DNA of 59,093 nucleotides from Bacilli bacterium (GTDB lineage Bacteria; Bacillota_I; Bacilli_A; RF39; UBA660): NCBI GenBank assembly GCA_017512495.1, contig JAFWGF010000049.1, positions 71,267 to 130,359 of the forward strand, read 5' to 3'. Shown piece by piece: positions 57,353 to 59,093 of this stretch (position 1 is its first letter; each line of letters starts with the position of its first letter). The notes under the pieces were generated by a model. It saw only the letters and a program-made list of their open reading frames with translations, ran no database searches and was not told where the DNA came from. The position numbers and the translations under genes were made by a program.

Positions 57353-58297
57353 ATGAGAAAGTTTATCATTAGTGATTTACATGGAAATGGTGAAGTATAT
57401 GATTCAATCATTGGATATTTAGAAAATATTAGTTTAATTGAAGATGTAGAATTATATATTAATGGAGATTTAATCGATAGAGGATTAGATTCTTTTAGAA
57501 TGCTTGAAGATGTTATTGATAGAATTAATGGTAAAGGACACATTAAAATCCATTATCTAGGTGGTAATCATGAACTTCTAATGTATCAAGCTTTAATAGA
57601 TAGATATCCAGGAAGAGGTTTTGATCATAATTCTAATTGGATGAATTATGGAGGATGGTCTACTGAGGGACATTTAGACAATCTAGAAAGTGATCAAGTC
57701 TATGAAGAAAAATGTGAAGAATTAAAAACCTTTTTAGGAAATTTAGAAATATATAAAGTTTTCCCAGAAGTAATAAATAAAAATCAGCTTGTTTTAGTAC
57801 ATGCCCAAGTACCAGAAGATCTAACTGTAGATTTAAGAATTAAAGATGATAATCAAGTTATTGAAGATGCAGTATGGACTAGAAAAGAGAAAAGACAAAG
57901 TTTGCTCTTATGGCCTGGAAAGGTCACTGGTTATAATAGAATTGGCAAAGAAGGATATTTATCTATTACAGGACATACTCCTGTTAGGGATGAAAAAGGA
58001 TTTGCCTATTATGATGAAGAAAATTATTTTAATATTGATGGTGGCTGTGCTCTTTATGCGATGGGTCGTATTGAATTTGATCATGTTCCACTAGTGGAAG
58101 TAAAGGATGATTATTTAAAAATATTAATCTTTAATCATAATAATGCAATAATAAATGGTTATTACTTTGAAAAAATACCTCTACGTATGAGTGATACAGA
58201 ACTAAATGAAGAAAAAGAGTTTATAAACCATAAATATGATGGAGAAGTGTTAAAGAATAAGCAGTTGATTTTAGAAATCACGAATGATCAAAAATAG
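57353..58297 (+). CDS. PPP/calcineurin-like metallophosphoesterase
   Basis: SDLHG, GDLIDRG, GNHE, LVHA, GHTP, IDGGC motifs. Confidence 0.88.
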   Translation: MRKFIISDLHGNGEVYDSIIGYLENISLIEDVELYINGDLIDRGLDSFRMLEDVIDRINGKGHIKIHYLGGNHELLMYQALIDRYPGRGFDHNSNWMNYGGWSTEGHLDNLESDQVYEEKCEELKTFLGNLEIYKVFPEVINKNQLVLVHAQVPEDLTVDLRIKDDNQVIEDAVWTRKEKRQSLLLWPGKVTGYNRIGKEGYLSITGHTPVRDEKGFAYYDEENYFNIDGGCALYAMGRIEFDHVPLVEVKDDYLKILIFNHNNAIINGYYFEKIPLRMSDTELNEEKEFINHKYDGEVLKNKQLILEITNDQK

Positions 58298-58316
58298 CAT
58301 TTTAATATGAAAAAAC

Positions 58317-58344
58317 TTGACTTTTCGTCAAAATTTAGTATAAT
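58317..58344 (+). promoter_or_regulatory. sigmaA promoter of tRNA-Gly
   Basis: TTGACT (58317-58322), 16-bp spacer, TATAAT (58339-58344). Confidence 0.7.
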
Positions 58345-58416
58345 TAAGTATGTCTACTAAATTTAGTCGACTTAGTTGTTCGGAAATTATTAAGACTAAG
58401 GCGATTAAAGACATAT

Positions 58417-58490
58417 GCGGATGTAGTTTAATGGTAGAACCTTAGCCTTCCAAGCTAACTACGGGAGTTCGATTCTCCTCATCCGCTCCA
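58417..58490 (+). tRNA. tRNA-Gly(TCC)
   Basis: GCGGATG/CATCCGC acceptor stem, TTAGC-CTTCCAA-GCTAA anticodon arm, GTTCGATT T-loop, encoded CCA. Confidence 0.97.
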
Positions 58491-58530
58491 TTGAGGAATC
58501 TGCTCGGAACAATTACCGAGTTTGATATAT

Positions 58531-58556
58531 AAATCTATCGAAAGATAGATTTTTTT
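58531..58556 (+). terminator. Intrinsic terminator after tRNA-Gly
   Basis: AAATCTATC-GAAA-GATAGATTT followed by a T run. Confidence 0.85.
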
Positions 58557-58597
58557 GTGTTTATAAATCATCCATCCAAAGAAAGGATGGTGAAATA

Positions 58598-58912
58598 ATG
58601 AAGAGATATTTAATGTATAAGTCTATTATGAAGTATCTAACTGATAAAGATTTATCTTTGAATGCTAAAGGTTTTTTAAGTATGATTCTATTCAATGATG
58701 AAATTAATGCTTTAGATTTATCAAAGTATTGTTCTGATGATATAGAAACTATTAAAGATACTATGTTGGAACTTCGAATCATGAAATATGTTAAGTATGA
58801 TTCAGAAACAAATATGCTTTTAGCTGGACCAAAACCATATGATGAATGGGACGAAGAAATTATGGAAGATATACATAGAAAAGCAAAAAATAAAAAAGAT
58901 AAAGATAGATAA
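58598..58912 (+). CDS. Short winged-HTH protein resembling the N-terminus of phage/ICE replication initiators
   Basis: DKDLSLNAKGFLSMIL...LDLSKYCSDDIETIKDTMLEL...YV resembles the LSLKAKGLLS...ICKEG..AI...L.EL...GY pattern. Confidence 0.6.
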   Translation: MKRYLMYKSIMKYLTDKDLSLNAKGFLSMILFNDEINALDLSKYCSDDIETIKDTMLELRIMKYVKYDSETNMLLAGPKPYDEWDEEIMEDIHRKAKNKKDKDR

Positions 58913-58927
58913 GAAAGGAAGATACTT

Positions 58928-59093
58928 TTGTTAAATATTATTAGACAAGAAGTTCCCATTGATGAGGGACTTAAAACAAGAATCCAATTCATTTGTGATT
59001 TTTGTAATACAATTCCAAGATTTATTAATGGTTCTATTCGTAAAATTGATAAAACCAATATTAATTATATAGAGCCAAATAAAATAATCATCA
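58928..59093 (+). CDS. Hypothetical protein, 5' part (runs off the window)
   Basis: TTG start after an AAGAAAGGAAG RBS; open to the window end (MLNIIRQEVPIDEGLKTRIQFICDFCNT...). Confidence 0.55.
   Translation, partial: MLNIIRQEVPIDEGLKTRIQFICDFCNTIPRFINGSIRKIDKTNINYIEPNKIII

Noticed and set aside
58350-58445. Leaderless 31-aa ORF (MSTKFSRLSCSE...) and SRP/6S RNA calls for the tRNA-Gly leader
   Set aside because: The ORF runs into the tRNA; the SRP helix-8 consensus is absent; the region is too short for 6S.
1366-59058. Short antisense or out-of-frame ORFs in the track (e.g. 1366..1575, 6036..6329, 22921..23514, 28886..29544, 53100..53339, 58561..59058)
   Set aside because: They lie wholly over well-supported genes on the other strand or frame, lack an RBS, and have no recognisable motifs.
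1-59093. Mycoplasma-type TGA=Trp recoding
   Set aside because: TGA terminates well-defined genes (uppS, stp1, priming operon overlaps such as ATGA) and conserved Trp residues use TGG.

Overview
AT-rich bacterial chromosome segment read with genetic code 11, with almost all genes on the + strand. Gene content and style suggest a genome-reduced gut Firmicute of the Bacilli RF39 type; this taxonomy is inference only. Housekeeping blocks: uppS(partial)-cdsA-rseP; priA-fmt-rlmN-stp1-prkC-rsgA-rpe; tex; nrdD-nrdG-dut; scpA-scpB; tRNA-Leu(CAA) and tRNA-Gly(TCC). Accessory surface loci: (i) two TasA/camelysin-like paralogs with swapped C-terminal cargo, the first bracketed by a 34-bp direct repeat; (ii) three giant (1038-1393 aa) type IV prepilin-adhesin fusions, two of them mosaic paralogs with exchangeable Cys/Trp-rich tips; (iii) a glycosyltransferase/NAGPA/VirB2-like pilin cluster. 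There is also a minimal sporulation module: two Spo0A boxes, a SigF-like sigma that lacks an ATG at its true 5' end and has no adjacent spoIIAA/AB, a sigmaG-type promoter and spoVAC-D-E. Other oddities are a membrane-anchored ADP-ribosyltransferase-like orphan and a His-to-Glu E2-like acyltransferase. No CRISPR array, integrase, transposase, rRNA or reverse transcriptase was seen. All family calls come from motif recognition by eye; no searches were run.
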